Below the pieces are notes generated by a model that was given only the letters and a program-made list of their open reading frames with translations, was not told where the DNA came from and searched no databases. From the human T2T-CHM13v2.0 reference genome, Homo sapiens: 64,000 nt of DNA. Position 1 is the stretch's first letter, and each line of letters starts with the position of its first letter. The stretch lies in NCBI RefSeq assembly GCF_009914755.1, contig NC_060930.1; one strand, given 5' to 3'. Made by a program: the position numbers and the translations under genes. Below are positions 39,681-55,869 of this stretch, piece after piece.

Positions 39681-41444
39681 TGTAAACTATTATTATTTAC
39701 ATAATAAAATACTTGGCACCATTAACAACATTATTTTGCAGCGTTTTTAATAAAGGTAAATATTCTTACAGTATATATAACGTGACTAAATTTTGTGAAA
39801 TATATTTTGCACTATATATTATATGTATTCTATACACTGAAAACAGTTTGCAAATATATTTTGATAGTAATGTATGCTGGATAGTAGAGTTATGAGTAAT
39901 TTTAATTTTCATTTTAATAATCCTATCATTTCAAAATTTTCATAATTGCTATGTTCTTTAAAAAATTGTAAAAGATGATTTTTTTAAAATTACAATGGAC
40001 CTTATGGACAATTTCCCAGCCACTACTGCTCCCTTCATCTCTTTACTTCATAGGCCACAAACAAAGGAGTGCACACCCTCTGCAATGTACATACCCTTAG
40101 CATTCCATGAACTATTGCTTTTAATGAGGCTGACATGCCAACAACACTTCTTATTTTCTTCTTCTTTAATAACGCTAAAGTAGTTAGTAATGCTAGTTAA
40201 TTGGTCAGCTAAACATTGTATGTGGGAATTTTGAAGAAATTGCAAATCATACCCTCTAGAAAATATACTGGTCATCGAAATATTTTTACATAATTTGCTC
40301 TGTAATATTTAGTAATTGCAATCTCAGAATACTAAGCATATTGCACCTCTAATAGGATTTACTTTCTTTCAGCTCAGTTAATTACTTTGTTTTGTAGTTT
40401 GTTTAATCCCTGATTAATAAATTTCAAAACGCTAGATAAGCCATTCTAAAATAATGTCTGATTAACTATGCTTGTAAAATATCAGGGTGAGGGACTCCAC
40501 GCACCTTCAAATCTGTGTTTCACAATGTTCACCCTTTTATTATTGTCTTCTCACATACTATATATTCAATAAGCTATTACTGAACAAAGTGTAATGTCTA
40601 AACTAATACTCTACACTATAAAATAGTATTACATATTATGCTATAATGCTGGAATTTTATGCTCCCATAAAATTGTTTTAGGAAATGATTTTTGGGTCCA
40701 AGCTTCAGGCCCTTTTTCTTCCAGCAAATCTCATTTGAAAAGCAGTTTAGCTGGCATTTATTTTTCTTAAAGATCAAACACCATGAAACATGATAGAATA
40801 TTGATCACCTCCATTTACTATTTTCAGAATCCATTGTCTCCGTTGTGACAGGGAACTGTTAACACTGCATGGTTTGGTAGCTCACCAAGATTCATAGAAA
40901 GATTTTAGCAGAGGCCTCATGCAATGCACAGGATGGCATCCAGGGCACTTACAGGGAACTTCTTGGACTCCTCTCTGAACCCCAGTTCGAGCTCAGATAG
41001 AGTATGACTTTTGTCAAAATTTTTATTCATTCCTAAATACAAACAATTTTGATGACTATACAAGTTTCTCAACCTTTATTCTGCATACATGTCTATTGAA
41101 TTTTACATTCATGGTCCAATTAAAAAATATTTGTAGAGCAAGTAAAACCATTCTAAAACAGTTGAGAGGAAGTAAAAACGACAAATAAAATAATAAAAAA
41201 AATCACACAGATCACATATTGGTATAATGTTTATACAAATTTTGTCTGAAACAGGACCTCAAAAGATGGCATAGAACAAGGAAAAATGGTTACTCTCTTT
41301 ATTAGAAAAATTCTAAAGGATATTTTATCTTTTTCTAGATGCCTACTCAACAAATAACATAAATTTAGACCAGAACATATTTCTACATACACTATTGAAG
41401 AAAAATCACGAATGCACATTATGTTACTTGTTTCTTAGAAATTA

Positions 41445-42760
<1,316 letters not shown>

Positions 42761-45099
42761 ATCTCTATTAAAAATTGAAGCAAATACTTCTGGTTCTGCT
42801 GAAAAGGAGGATTTCTAGTTCCACCAAAAATTGATAGGTCCATTATTCCTCTCTTGTTCTCCTTACAACTAAATGTACTCTAGACATAATTCAAAAAGCA
42901 TAGAAATACTCTGAAGAGTGGAAATAAGAAGGTGAGCAACTGAGGTACCTCAGGACTTTAGGAATGACATGGCAGTGATATAGCTGGGTTTACTTATTGC
43001 CTCCCATACATCACAGACAGAGCATCACGGAAGCCTCCAATCCAGAAATGGCAGGAGACAAAATTGGCTCCAAAAACAGCTTTTCCTTTTAGGTAAGGGA
43101 TAGAAAAAAGTGGTCTAACAGCAGAAAACCAATTCGGCAATTCCCACCCTACTCCAGCCAAACATCAGTGGAAAAAACATCCTGTGCCTTCTACAGTTTC
43201 AACTTTGCCATATTGGGAGTTGATTTTCCACCATCCCTTCCGCCCCTCCACCCTGAAGAAGAAGGCAGCAATTCTGATTCCCCCATGGTGTGGTGTTAGT
43301 GGGACCAAGCTGGGAGCTGTTTTTCCATCTTCTGCCCAGCAGAAGCAGTCAGCAGTTATCTGATTCCCCTACTGATGGATTATTGGCAGAATGAAGGGGG
43401 GCAGCTGATCTTCTATCCTCCACCAGGCAGAAGCAGGCAGCCCTCTGATTCTCCTGCCGGGGTAGCATTGGTGAGGCTGTGGGAAGTGGATCTTGTATTC
43501 TCACCTGGTAGAAGCACATGATGCTAAGATTCACCTTGTCAGGGTAGTGTCAACAGGGTCCAGTGGCATGCTGAACATATACTCCCACTCAGCAGTGACA
43601 AGACTTAAGGCAGTGTAAGGCAAGGCTAGTGAGGCAAGGCTAGTTGACAACACTAGGCTTTAAACACCTACTATCCCATGTTAACAGAACCCGGTGGGGA
43701 ACTGATCCTACATCCATGAGGTGGAAGGAGGTGGAGGCAAGTAAGGTTAGTTGGCACCTTGATTTTCCATCATCTCCTTTGATTCAGTGGAGAGCTGCTT
43801 CTGACTCCATAATGTAGGAACAAAGAGGTGTGAGTCAGTCCTCTATTCTAGTGGCAGTGGAACTCAGATTAGAGGTGATCTTACAAATCCACTCAGAGAC
43901 AACAAGGCAGTGCAAGTCAGCGGTACACTTTTGCTGTCAGGGCCCAGAGGGAAGCTGATCATACACACCTACCCATCCATTATGTTACACCTAAAAAGAG
44001 GGACTGCCTGCTGAAAAAAATGATTCAATAGCATCCAGAGTGTCATAACATAATATACAGAAAGTCCAGAGTATTATAGAAAATTGTTATCATACCAAGA
44101 ACTAGAAAAATAACAACATGAATGAAAGAAAAATCTATAGACACCAACACTGAGATTAATCATATATTAAAATTATCCAGCAAGGATTTTAAGTGGTTCA
44201 TAATAAAAATATTTAAACAACCAGTTATTAATTTTTGAAACAAATGAAAAGATAGAAAATCTCAGCATAGAAATAGAAATTGTAAGAAAGAACCAAACAG
44301 AAATTTTAGAACTGACAAATATAAGAACTAGCGTAAAAGCTCTCTTGATAGCCACAGTAATACAGTGGAGATGAAAAGGACAGAATCAGTAAAATACAGA
44401 TCAATAGAAATTACTCAATCTAAAAAACAGAAAGAAAACAGAATAACAACTCACTCCCCCAACCCCCCCAAAGCCCCCAGAATTTCGGAAGCTAGTGGGA
44501 CAATAGCAATAAAGCAAGCATTCATTCTAAGCACATTTCCAGAAGGAGATGAGAGAGTGAACCTGAAAAATTTATTGAAGAAATAAAGGCTGGAAATCCC
44601 CCAAATTTGGCAAAAGACATAAACCTATGAAAAAAGAAGCTAAGAAAATACCAAATTAGATAAATCCCAAGAAATCTATGCCAAGCTACATCATATTTGT
44701 ACTTCTGAAAACTGAAGACAAAAAGAAAAAGAAACTTGAAAACAGCCTGAGACAAGCAACACACTACTTATATGGGAGTATCAATTTGAATGACAGTGGA
44801 TTTTTCATCTGATACCATGGAGGCCAGAAGTAAGTGGCATAATTTTTTTCAAGTACTAAAAGAAAATAAATATAATCCATGAATCCCATATTCAGGAAAA
44901 ATATTGTCAGAAATGGAGGAGAAGCAAAGACATTCTCAGTTGAAGGCAACCTAAGAAAATTTGTTGCCAACAAATCTAACTTAAAAAATGACTGAATAAA
45001 GTTCTTTAAATAGAAAGAAGATGGTAACAGAGTAAGATTTGAAGGTTTTAAAAGGAAGGAAGAGTATCAGAATGTGTAAAAATAGAGATGAATATAATG

Positions 45100-45439
45100 C
45101 AGTGATCCCCAACCTTTTTGGCACCAGGGACCGGTTTTGTGGAAGACAAATTTTCCATAGACTGGGTTAGTGGGGGATGGTTTCAGGATGAAACTGTTCT
45201 GCCTCAGCTCATCAGGCATTTGATTCTCATAAGGAGTGCACAGCCTACATCCCTTGCATGTGCAGTTCACAGTAGACTTCATGCTCCTGTGAGAACCTAA
45301 TGCTGCCGCTGATCTGACATGAGGCAGAGCTCAGGAGGTAAAGCTTTCTCGCTTGCCACTCACCTCCTGCTGTGAGGCCTGGTTCCTAACAGGTGATGGA
45401 ACTGGTACTGGTCTGCAGCCTGGGGGTTAGGGACCCCTG
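45100..45439 (+). mobile_element. MER1B hAT-Charlie MITE
   Basis: cagtgatccccaacc...gggttagggacccctg TIRs; perfect 8-bp TSD atataatg. Confidence 0.95.
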
Positions 45440-45844
45440 ATATAATGGACTGTCCTACTTCTCATAAGTTTTTAAAATTATATTTGATAGTTGAAGAAAA
45501 AGTTATAACAGCAACTGATCTGGTATTCAATATATGTAAAGGGAACTACTTAGGACAATCATATTTGAAAAATAGAGAGGAAAAAGGACCTAAATAGAAG
45601 TTTTCTACACTTCACTTGAAATGGTAAAATGTGAAAATTTATGTATGTGTATTGTAATACCTAGAGCAACTACTGAGAAAGCTCTACAAAGTGATATTCT
45701 CAAAAACTATAAATAAATCAGGATGAAATCTTAAAATATATTCAAATAATTCACTGGAAGGTAAGAGAAGAGAAACAGAGGAAACAAACAGAAAACAAAT
45801 GATATAATGGTAGAATGTAAGCCCTAACATGTTAATAATGACAG

Positions 45845-46028
45845 ATATTGACCGAGGTTGTGTCCCCTGCACATTCATATGTTGAAGCTTTAATGTTATG
45901 GTATTTGGAGGTGAAGATGTTGGGAGGTGATGAGGTCATGAATATAGAGCCCTCTGATGGGATTAATGTCCTCATAAGAAAAGGAAGGGAGCTAGTTCTT
46001 TCTCTCTCTCTGTCAAGTGAAAATACAA
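45845..46028 (+). mobile_element. MLT1A/MSTD-type LTR, 5' half only
   Basis: 'tgtgtcccc...ttcatatgttgaagc...ggtatttggaggtg...atgggattaatgtcctcataag'. Confidence 0.75.
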
Positions 46029-47026
46029 AATAATCGGGAACTTCAAGACTTTACTCAGCAATTGATAGAAATACTACACAGAAACTCAGCAAGGATATAG
46101 AATTGTACAATAAAATCAACCAAAAGGATTTATTTAACTTATATAGAATACATCATGCAATAATAGCACAATAAACATTTTCTTCAAATGCTCTTGGAAC
46201 ATTTACTAAGATAGACCATATACTATGCCATAAAACAAAATTTCACATATTTAAAAGAAATGAAATTATACAGTTTGTTCTCTGGTTATAGTAAAAGCAA
46301 ACTAGAAATCAGTAACAGATAACAGGAAAGTCTCTACACGTGAATAAATTAAACAACAGAATTCTAAATAATCCATGAATCAAAGAGGAAATTGCAAAGT
46401 AAATAGAAAAATAGGTAAAATTGAATGAAAGTAAAATAAAATATATCAAAATATGTGGGATGTAACTAAGGCAGTGCTGATGAAAAAATTTATAGTTCTA
46501 AATGCTTACATTAGAAAAAAGGAAGGTCTGAAATGAATAATCTAAGTAGATAAATCTGAAAATTAGAAAAAGAAGAGCAAAATAAACCCAAAGCAAACAG
46601 AAAGATGAAATAACAAAGAGAAGAAATCAGTGAAATAAAAAACAGGAAAACCATAGAGAAAACCAATGAAGATATTTCTAAATGACAAGAAAGACTCCAA
46701 TAAAGTCAATAATTTCTAGCAAGACTGACAAAAATCCATATCAGGAATGAATAGGTGATATAATGACATGTCACACAGACACTAAAAGGATAACAAAATA
46801 TTATGAATAATGTAATACTCATAACTTTGACAACATGGAAGAAATGGATGAAAAAAATCTCAAAAACACAAACTATGAAACTTCAACCAAGATGAAATAA
46901 GCAACCTAAATGATACTATCACCATCAAAGAAATTAAATTTGTAACTAAGAACTCCTGAAAAATAATTCACCAAAAATAGTTTCACTGGTGAATTCTATC
47001 TGGCTTTTAAAAATTAACACTAATTT

Positions 47027-47339
<313 letters not shown>

Positions 47340-47548
47340 TTACACAATTTATTTCAGAAGATGAAATGAAAGAAAAATCTTCTCACTCATTTTATGAGGC
47401 TACTATTACCTGAATATTAAAAGCAGATAAAGAAAGTATCAACCCCACCCTTCAAAAAGAAAGAAAAAAACTACAGACACAATATCTTCCATGAACTTAG
47501 ACACAAAATCTTCAACAAAGTATTAGCAAATTAAATCATGTAATGTAT

Positions 47549-50500
47549 AGGAGTAATGTCATTAAGGTCATCAAATGTTGCAGAGTGGGAAGTCCTAGAC
47601 TCTCTTTTCCTCCACAAACACATCAATTCAACAACAATTCATGGACAAATTCCCTGTATAGGCAATTCAGAAAGTAATTGAAAGTCTCCTGCACCCTTGT
47701 CAAATGTGAAACTATACTCACCAAAGCTGATAGGGAAATTTGGGACACCCTCTTACCGGAATCCTTACCCCAGGCACAACACCATATGATTAGAAAGAGA
47801 CTGCCAAACCCTCAGCTTTTCCGCGGAGAAAGAATTGGTTCATGCCTCTAGCACATTCAGGAGCTCAGAGTAGCTTGTCTTGCCAGCCACATGGGGGGAG
47901 AATAGAGATGGCTGTTTGGCCTTGTAGATTCTACAGTTCCTCCTTTCCCATCAGCACAGAGAGATCAGATGAAAAATCTCAGCTCTCAACTTCCTCCTGG
48001 GAGAGAAAGAGTTGATCCTTGTGTCCAGCGTTCTAACTTCTCTGGGGCTGCCCCAGAGAACTGGTATCTGTTTTGTCAGCCTTAGACCTCTAACGGGTGT
48101 TGTGCAGTCTAACTGCCTGGGGGAGAACAGAGACAGTGGCTTGGGTTGGTAGATGCCATAGTGCCTTCCCCTGACTCAGCACAGAGTGAGCAGACAAAAA
48201 CCACAGTTATCTGCCTCTCTCTGTGGAGGAAAATAATTGGTCTCAGTGAATGATGACACAACATTTCCAAGGGCTTCTCAAAGGATTGGCCTCTGACTTG
48301 CCTGACTTGAAGTGTTGCAGGGACCTGAAGTAGTCTAGCCATGCAGGGGAAAGTTAGAGGAGAAATGGAGATTTGTGCTGGCAGTCACCATAGACCCACT
48401 TCCTGGCTTAGCACATAGCAAGTGGGCAAAAATCCCCAGCATATAGCTTCTCCCTGGGGAGGAAAAGAGTTAGGCATAGCATCCAATGATCCAACTTTTC
48501 TGGGGGCTGCCAAAAGAACTAGCTTTAGTCTCACTTGGCCTGGTGCACTGTGAGGACCCAGAATACCCTAGACACCTGGGGTGTTAGGAGAACAATGAAG
48601 CGGGTCAGACCAGCATGAAGGATTGAGAGGCTCCCAGAATCTCTGACTGGTGGGGGTCTTGTTCTCTATGAGGCCAATCTGTACAGTTTAGGAGAAAAGG
48701 TTGCTTTACCTAATGTACAGACACCAACACAGAGTGTTAAAGAAAATAAAAGTCAGGCAAAGATGTATCCAACAAAGTAACATGATAGAACTCCAGAAAC
48801 AGACACTAACAAAACAGAGGTATATGATTTGCTTGTCAGAGAATTCAAAATAACAGTCATAAAGGTGCTCATGGAGGTCAAGAGAACAATGCATGACAAA
48901 GCAAGCATTTCAACAAAGAGATAGGAAATATAAAAAAGTACTAACAAGAAATCATAGAGCTGAAGAACATATAACTGAACTAAAAAATTCACTATAAGTG
49001 TTCAACAGCAGACTATATGAAGCAAGAGAATCAGGGAACTCAAAAAACAGGCCACTGTAAATAATTCAATCAAAGGAGCAAAAAGAAAAAAGCAATGAAA
49101 AATTGTGAAGAAAACCTAAGGGAATATGGGACACCATCAAGTGGACCAATATACATATTATAGAAGTATCAGGAGAAGAGATAAAGGACCAGAAAGCTTA
49201 TCCAAAAAAAATAATGTCTTAAGTTCTACAGATAAGCTTCCAAATCTGGGGAAAATACACAGACATCCAGATCCAAGAATTCTAAAGGACACTAAATAAA
49301 ATAAATCTATACCAGGACACATAATCAAATTGTTAAAGTCAGACAAAGACAGAATTTTGAAAACAATTTTGTACCTTTATAAAGGTAAAAAAGAACCTTT
49401 AAAAAACTATCAGTGGGTTTTCCAGCAGAAACCTTGTAGTCTGGAAGTAAGAAGGATGATATATTCAAAGCACAGAAAGAACAAACTGCCAACCAAGAAT
49501 ACTGTATCCTACAAAACTGTCTTAAAAAATAAAGGAGAGTTAAATACTTTCCCAGGCAAAGAAAAGCTGAGGGATTTCATCATTATTAGAACTGCTTTAC
49601 AAGAAATGCTACAGAGAGTTCTTAAAGTTGAAAGACAAAAACACTAAGTGGTAACACAATATCATAAGCATAAAAATTGTAAAGGTAAACAATTGTAAGT
49701 ATTAGACAAATACAGGACACTGTATTACTGTAATGGTGTTGAGGAAATCACTTTTAATTCTAACATAAAAGTTAAAAGACAAAAGTATTAAAATACCTAT
49801 AACTAAAATTTGTTAAAGATATACAATATAAATAGATGTGAATTATGACAACTATAGCATAAAGTATATGTGTGGAGGGGGACAAGCTAAAGTGTAGTGT
49901 TATTGTGTGTGCCATAAATCAAGTCGTTATCAGCTTTAAATGGATTTATGTCTAAGATATTTTATGTAAACCTCAAGGTAACCACATACATACACAAAAA
50001 CCCATGCACACAGTTACACACACAGAAAACATAAAAGAACCAAAACATACCAATAGAAAAAACTCAACAAAATACAAAGAGAGACAGCAAGAGAGGAAAA
50101 GACGAAAGAATTACAAGAAATTGTCAATTAAGAATGCTATATCCCACAAAACTGTCTTAAAAAATAAAAGAGAGTTAAACACTTTCCCAGGCAAAGAAAA
50201 GCTGAGGGAGTTCATCACTATTAGACCTCCCTCACAAGAAATCCTACAGAGAGTGCTAACAGAAAACAACAATATGACAATAGTACATTCTTCCATATAA
50301 ATAATTACTTTTAATAAAAATGAATTAAACTCTATAATAACAAGACATAGAATGGCTGAATGGATGAAAAAACAAGGCCTAACTATGTGCTGTTTATAAG
50401 AAACGCACCTTAGATTTAAGGACATACATAGGCTGAAAGTAAAGAGATGGAAAAGGATATTTCATAGAAATGGTAACCAAAAGAGAGCAGGGGTGGCTAT

Positions 50501-53500
50501 ATTGACATCAGATGAAATGGACTTTAAGACAAAAATTGCCACAAGAGATTAAAAAATGACATTATATAATGATAAAAGGGCCAATCTGCCAGGAAGATAT
50601 AACAATTATATATGCACCCAATATCAGAACATCTAAATATATAAAGCAGACATTGACAGCACTCAATGGAAAATAGACATCAATATAATAATAGTAGACG
50701 TCAATAACCTACCTTCCGTAATTGATAGAACATTCAGACAGAAGATCAATAAGGAAACAGTGTAACTGAACACTATAAAACAAATAGACCTAACAGATTA
50801 TACAGAACATTCTACCCAAAAGCTGAAGAATACACATTCTTCTCGAATGCACAGAGAACTTTTCCCAGGATAAATCACACATTAGGTCACAAAACAAAGC
50901 ATAACAAATTTAAGAAGACTGAGATCAGATCAAGTATCTTTTCTGACCACAATAGAATGTAATAAGAAATCAATAGCAGAAAGAAAATTGGAAAATTCAC
51001 AAATATGTGAAAATTAAACAACACACTCTTGTACAATCATTGGGTCAAAGAAGAAATTAAAAAAGAGTTTAGAAAATACCATAAGACAAATGAAAACAAA
51101 AACACAAAATACTAAAACTTAAGGAATACAACAAAGGCAGCACTAAGAGGAAAATTTATAGTGATAAAAGCCTGCATTAAACAGGAAGGAAGATCTCAAA
51201 CAACCAACCTAACTTTATGCCTCAAGAAGGTACAAACAGAAAAATAAACTAAGCCCAAAGTTAGCAGAAGGAAAAAAATAACAAAAATTACAGCAGATAT
51301 TAATAAAATAGAAAATAGAGAATAATAGAAAAACAACAAATAAGTGTTGATTTTTCAAAAAATTAAACAAAACTGACAAACTTTTATTAATAGCTAGAAT
51401 AACTGAAAAAGGTAAAAGACTCACATAAATAAAAAATAAAAAATGAAAGAAAAAACATTACAATTGATGCCACAAAAATAAAAAAGACCATAGAGAAAAT
51501 TAAGAAAAATTGCATACTAACAAATTGGATAAATTGGAAAAAATGGATACATTTGAAAAAACATACAACCTGCCAAAACTGAATCATGAATACATAGAAA
51601 GTGTGACCAACCTGTAACTAATATGGAGATTGAATCAGTAATTAAAAACCTCCCAACAAAGAAAATCTTCAGACCAGGTAGCTTTAATGGTAAATTCTAC
51701 AAAATGTTTAAAGAATTAATTCTCAAACTCTTCTAAAATTCAAGTAAAGGGAATCTCATTTTATGAAGCCAGTGTTATCCAGATACCAAAGTAAGACAAA
51801 GATACCACAAGAAAAGAAGCAATAAGCCATATTCTTGATGAGTATAGATACAAAAATTCTCAACAAAATACTAGCAAATAAAATCTAACAGCACATTAAA
51901 AGGCTCATACACCAGGACCAAGTGGAATTTACCCCTGGGATGCAAGGATTGTTCAACATGTAAAAATCAATTAATATAATATACCATGTTAATAGAATGT
52001 TGTATAAAAAATCACATGACTGTCTTAGATGCAGAAAAAAACACTCCACAAAGTTCAACATCCTTTCAGGATGAAAAACTCTAAACAAACTAGGAATCAA
52101 AGGGAAGTTTCTAGACATTACAAGGCTATGTAAGAAAAAGTCAAAGATAACATCATACTCAGTTGTGACAAACTGAAAGCTTTTCCCCCCAAGATAAATA
52201 ACAAGACAAATATGGCCAATCTCACTCCTTCTATTCAACATGGTACTGGAAGTCTTAGCCAGAGAAAATAGGCAAGAAAAAGAAAGAAAGGGCATCCAAA
52301 TTGGAGAGGAAAAAGTAAAATTGTCCCTGTCTTGTTTGCAGATGACATAATGTTATATGTAGAAAACTTTAAAGCTTCCACCAAAAGAACTGTTAGAACT
52401 AATAAATTTAGTAAATTGCAGGATACAAAGTCACTCACCATCAAAAATCAGTTGTGTTTCTGTACACTAAGGATGAGTGATCGGAAAAGAAAATTAGAAT
52501 AAGACTTTCATTTACAATAGCACCAAAAATAATAAATTACATAGTAATAAACTAAACTAAGTAGGCAGAAGACTTTTGTACTGAAAACTACAAAACATTG
52601 GTGAAAAAATTAAAGAAGACACAAAGAGAAAGGCATCTTGTATTCATAGATTGGAAGACTTGGTGTGGTTAAAACGTTCACACTACTAAAAGTGATCTAC
52701 AGATGCAATGCAATCCCTATCAAAATCCCAAGGGCATTTTATACAGAAATAGAGACAAAGTTCTGAAATTCATATGGAATTACAAAAGATTACAAAAAGC
52801 CAAATTACTCTGTAGAAAGAAGGACAAAACTGGAGGCATCACATTTCTTGGTTTCAAACTATATTATGAAGCTCCAATAATCAAAACAGGATAATATGGG
52901 CATAAGACAGACTTCTGGACCAAAGGAACAGAATAGAGAGCGTAGAAATACATAAATGCATATAAGACCAAGTGATCTTTGACAAGGATGTCAAGAATAC
53001 ATTATGAGGGTCAGGCATGGTGGCTCATGCCTAGAATTCCAGCACTTTGGGAGACTGAGGTGAGAGGACTGCTTGAGCCCAGGAGTTTGAGACCAACCTG
53101 GGAAACATAGTGAAACCTTTCTACAAAAAAATAAAAATAATTAGCCAGGTGTGGTTGAATGTGTCTGTGGTCCCAGCTACTGGGGAAGCTGAGGTGGGAT
53201 GATCACTTGAGCCCAGGAGGTTGAGGCTTCAGTGAGCTGAGTTCATGACACTGCACTCCAGCCTAAGCAACAGAGCGAGACCCTGCCTCAAAATAACTAA
53301 CTAAATAAAATAAAATAAAAAAAAATAAAAACAAACAATAAAAAAACACAACAAGGAAAAGAGAGTCTATTCAAAAAACGGTTTTGGGAAAACTGAATAT
53401 CCACTTGCAAAAGAATGAAATTAGACCTTTATTTTACACCATAAACAAAAATCAACTCAAACTAAAGACTTAAAAGTAAGGTCTGAAATTGTAAAAGACA

Positions 53501-54655
53501 TAGAACAAAACAGGGGAAAAGCTTTATGCATTGGTCTTGGCACTGATTTCATGAATATGACATCAAAAGCATAGGCAACAAAAGTAAAAATTGACGAGTG
53601 GGATTACATCAAACTAAAAAACCTTTTGCAGAACAAAGGAAATAATCAACAGAATGAAATAGTAATGTATGGAATGGGAGAAAATATTTGCTGACTATAC
53701 CCGATTAACAAGTAATATCCAAAATATATGAGAAACTCCTAGAACTCGACAGCCAAAAAAAAACCCCTGGTAACTTGATTTAAAAATGGGCTAAGGACTT
53801 AAAAAGACATTTCTCCAAAGAAGACATGCAAACAGTCAGCAGGTATATGAAAAAAAATACTGTCACTAATTATCAGTGAAGGCAAATCAAAACCACAATG
53901 AGATATTACCTCATACCTCTCAAGACGTATATCATCAAAAAGAAAAAGATAAGTGTTAACAAAGGTGTGAAAATTGAAACTCTTTTACGTTTGGGAATGC
54001 AAAATGGTGCAGCCAATATGAAAAACAGTAGTGATTCCTAAAATATTAGAAATAGAACTACTATATAATCCAGTGATTCCACTTCTGGGCAAAAACCACT
54101 TGTACCCCCAAGGCTATTGAAATAAAAATTTGAAATATAAAAATAAAAGAGTTGAAATCAAGATCTTGAAGAGACAGTAGCATACTTCCATGCTTATGGC
54201 AGCATTATTCACAACTGCCAAGATGTGGAAACGACCTACGTGTTCATGAATGGATTAATGGATAAAGAAAATGTGGTATCTGTACATATAATAAAGTATT
54301 ATTCAATCTTTAGAAAGAATAGAAATTCTGCAATATGACACTATATGAATAAATTTTGAGGTTACTATGCTAAGTGAAATAAGCCAGTCACAGAAAGACA
54401 AATAATGCATGATTCCTCTTATATGTGAGTAGAGTGGTAGTTGTCAGGGTCTGGGCAGTTACTAATCAAGGAGCATAAAATTTCAGTTAATCAAGATGAA
54501 TAAGTTCTAGAGCTCTTCTATACAACATTATACCTATAGTCAATAATACTGCATTGCACACTTAAAAATTGAAGAGGGTTGATTTCATGTTAAATGCTCT
54601 TTCCACAATAAACTGAAATTAATAAGGTAAAAACAAAATGACAAAAAATAAAAAA
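47549..54655 (+). mobile_element. Near full-length, degraded L1MB1/2-type LINE-1 nested in the outer L1
   Basis: Own 5'UTR (47549-~48700), ORF1 (~48750-49640), ORF2 (~50270-54300) and L1MB1/2-like 3' end 'caagatgaataagttctagag...ccacaataaa'; many stops and frameshifts. Confidence 0.85.
53009..53345 (+). mobile_element. AluJ
   Basis: J diagnostics 'gcttgagcccaggagtttgagacc...ctgggaaacatag'; A-rich tail. Confidence 0.94.
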
Positions 54656-55869
54656 CTCCAATCTAATAATGGATAAAACTGACTATGTATTATGAACAAG
54701 TGGGATGTATTCCAGCAGTACAAGGCTAGGTGAATATTTGAAAATCAATCAGTATAATCTACCCTATCAATAAGCTAAAAAAAGAAAAATCACATGAATA
54801 CATTAGTTAATGCAGAAAATGTACTTGACAATATTTGATAAGCCCTCATATTAAAAACTTTCAGCATACAAGGAATGGATGGGGAACTTCCTTGTATTCA
54901 TAAATGGTTTCTACAAAACACTTATAACTAACATCATACTTAATGATGAATAATGGAATGATTTCCTTCTAAGATCAAGATGAAAGCAAGGAAGCCCACC
55001 TTCACTTCAATAAAAGCCCACCTTCACCTCAATATGACAAGAAGAAGAAATGAAAGGCATACAGATTGGAAATGAACAAATAAATTAGTTTATATTTGTA
55101 AATGATATGATTATGTATGTAGCGATGGAATCAACATAAAATCTCCTGTTAGTAAGTTTGTTCAGTAAGTTCACTGGATACAAGAGATCAACTATATTTA
55201 TACATACTAATAATGGTCACGTGAAACCAAAATTAAAAATATAATACCATTTATAATCACCCAAGAGAATATGACATATTAGGTATAAACTTAACAAAGC
55301 ATGTATAATATCTGTATACTGAAAATTACAAAATGCTGATGAAAGAATAAAAGGACACCTAAATAAAGGTAGAGATTATATATATCATGTTCATGGATTG
55401 GAAGACTTCACGTAGTAAAGATGTTAATTTTTCCCAAATTTATCATAGGATTAATGAGATTCCTATCAAAATCCAAGCAAGTCTTTCTGTAGATACAGAT
55501 AAGATTTTTCCAAAAGTTACGTGGAAAAGTACAGTCCCTAGTATAGCTAAATCAATCTTGAAATAGAAGAATAAATGGGAGAAATTATTCTACCCAATAT
55601 TAAGGCCTACTATATAGCTACTGCAATCAAGACCACATGGTTTTTGTGAAGGGATAGACATCATTGGAAAATATGGGAAAAAATAGAGAATCCAGAACTG
55701 GATCTACACAAATACACCCAGCTGATTTTTTGATAAAGGTACAAAGCAATTAAACGGAGAAAAGATTTTTCAACAAATGGTGCCGCAGTAAGTGGACACC
55801 CACAAAAATAAACACAAAAGAAAACAAAATAAATAACAAACCCTTAACATGAACCTCACACTTTCATGG

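Noticed and set aside
47549-54655. Possibly active full-length L1
   Set aside because: ORF1 and ORF2 are riddled with stops and frameshifts and carry an Alu insertion; the longest ORFs are under 140 aa.
54992-55034. 22-bp tandem duplication aagcccaccttcac(t/c)tcaata
   Set aside because: Ordinary slippage or repair scar within decayed L1.
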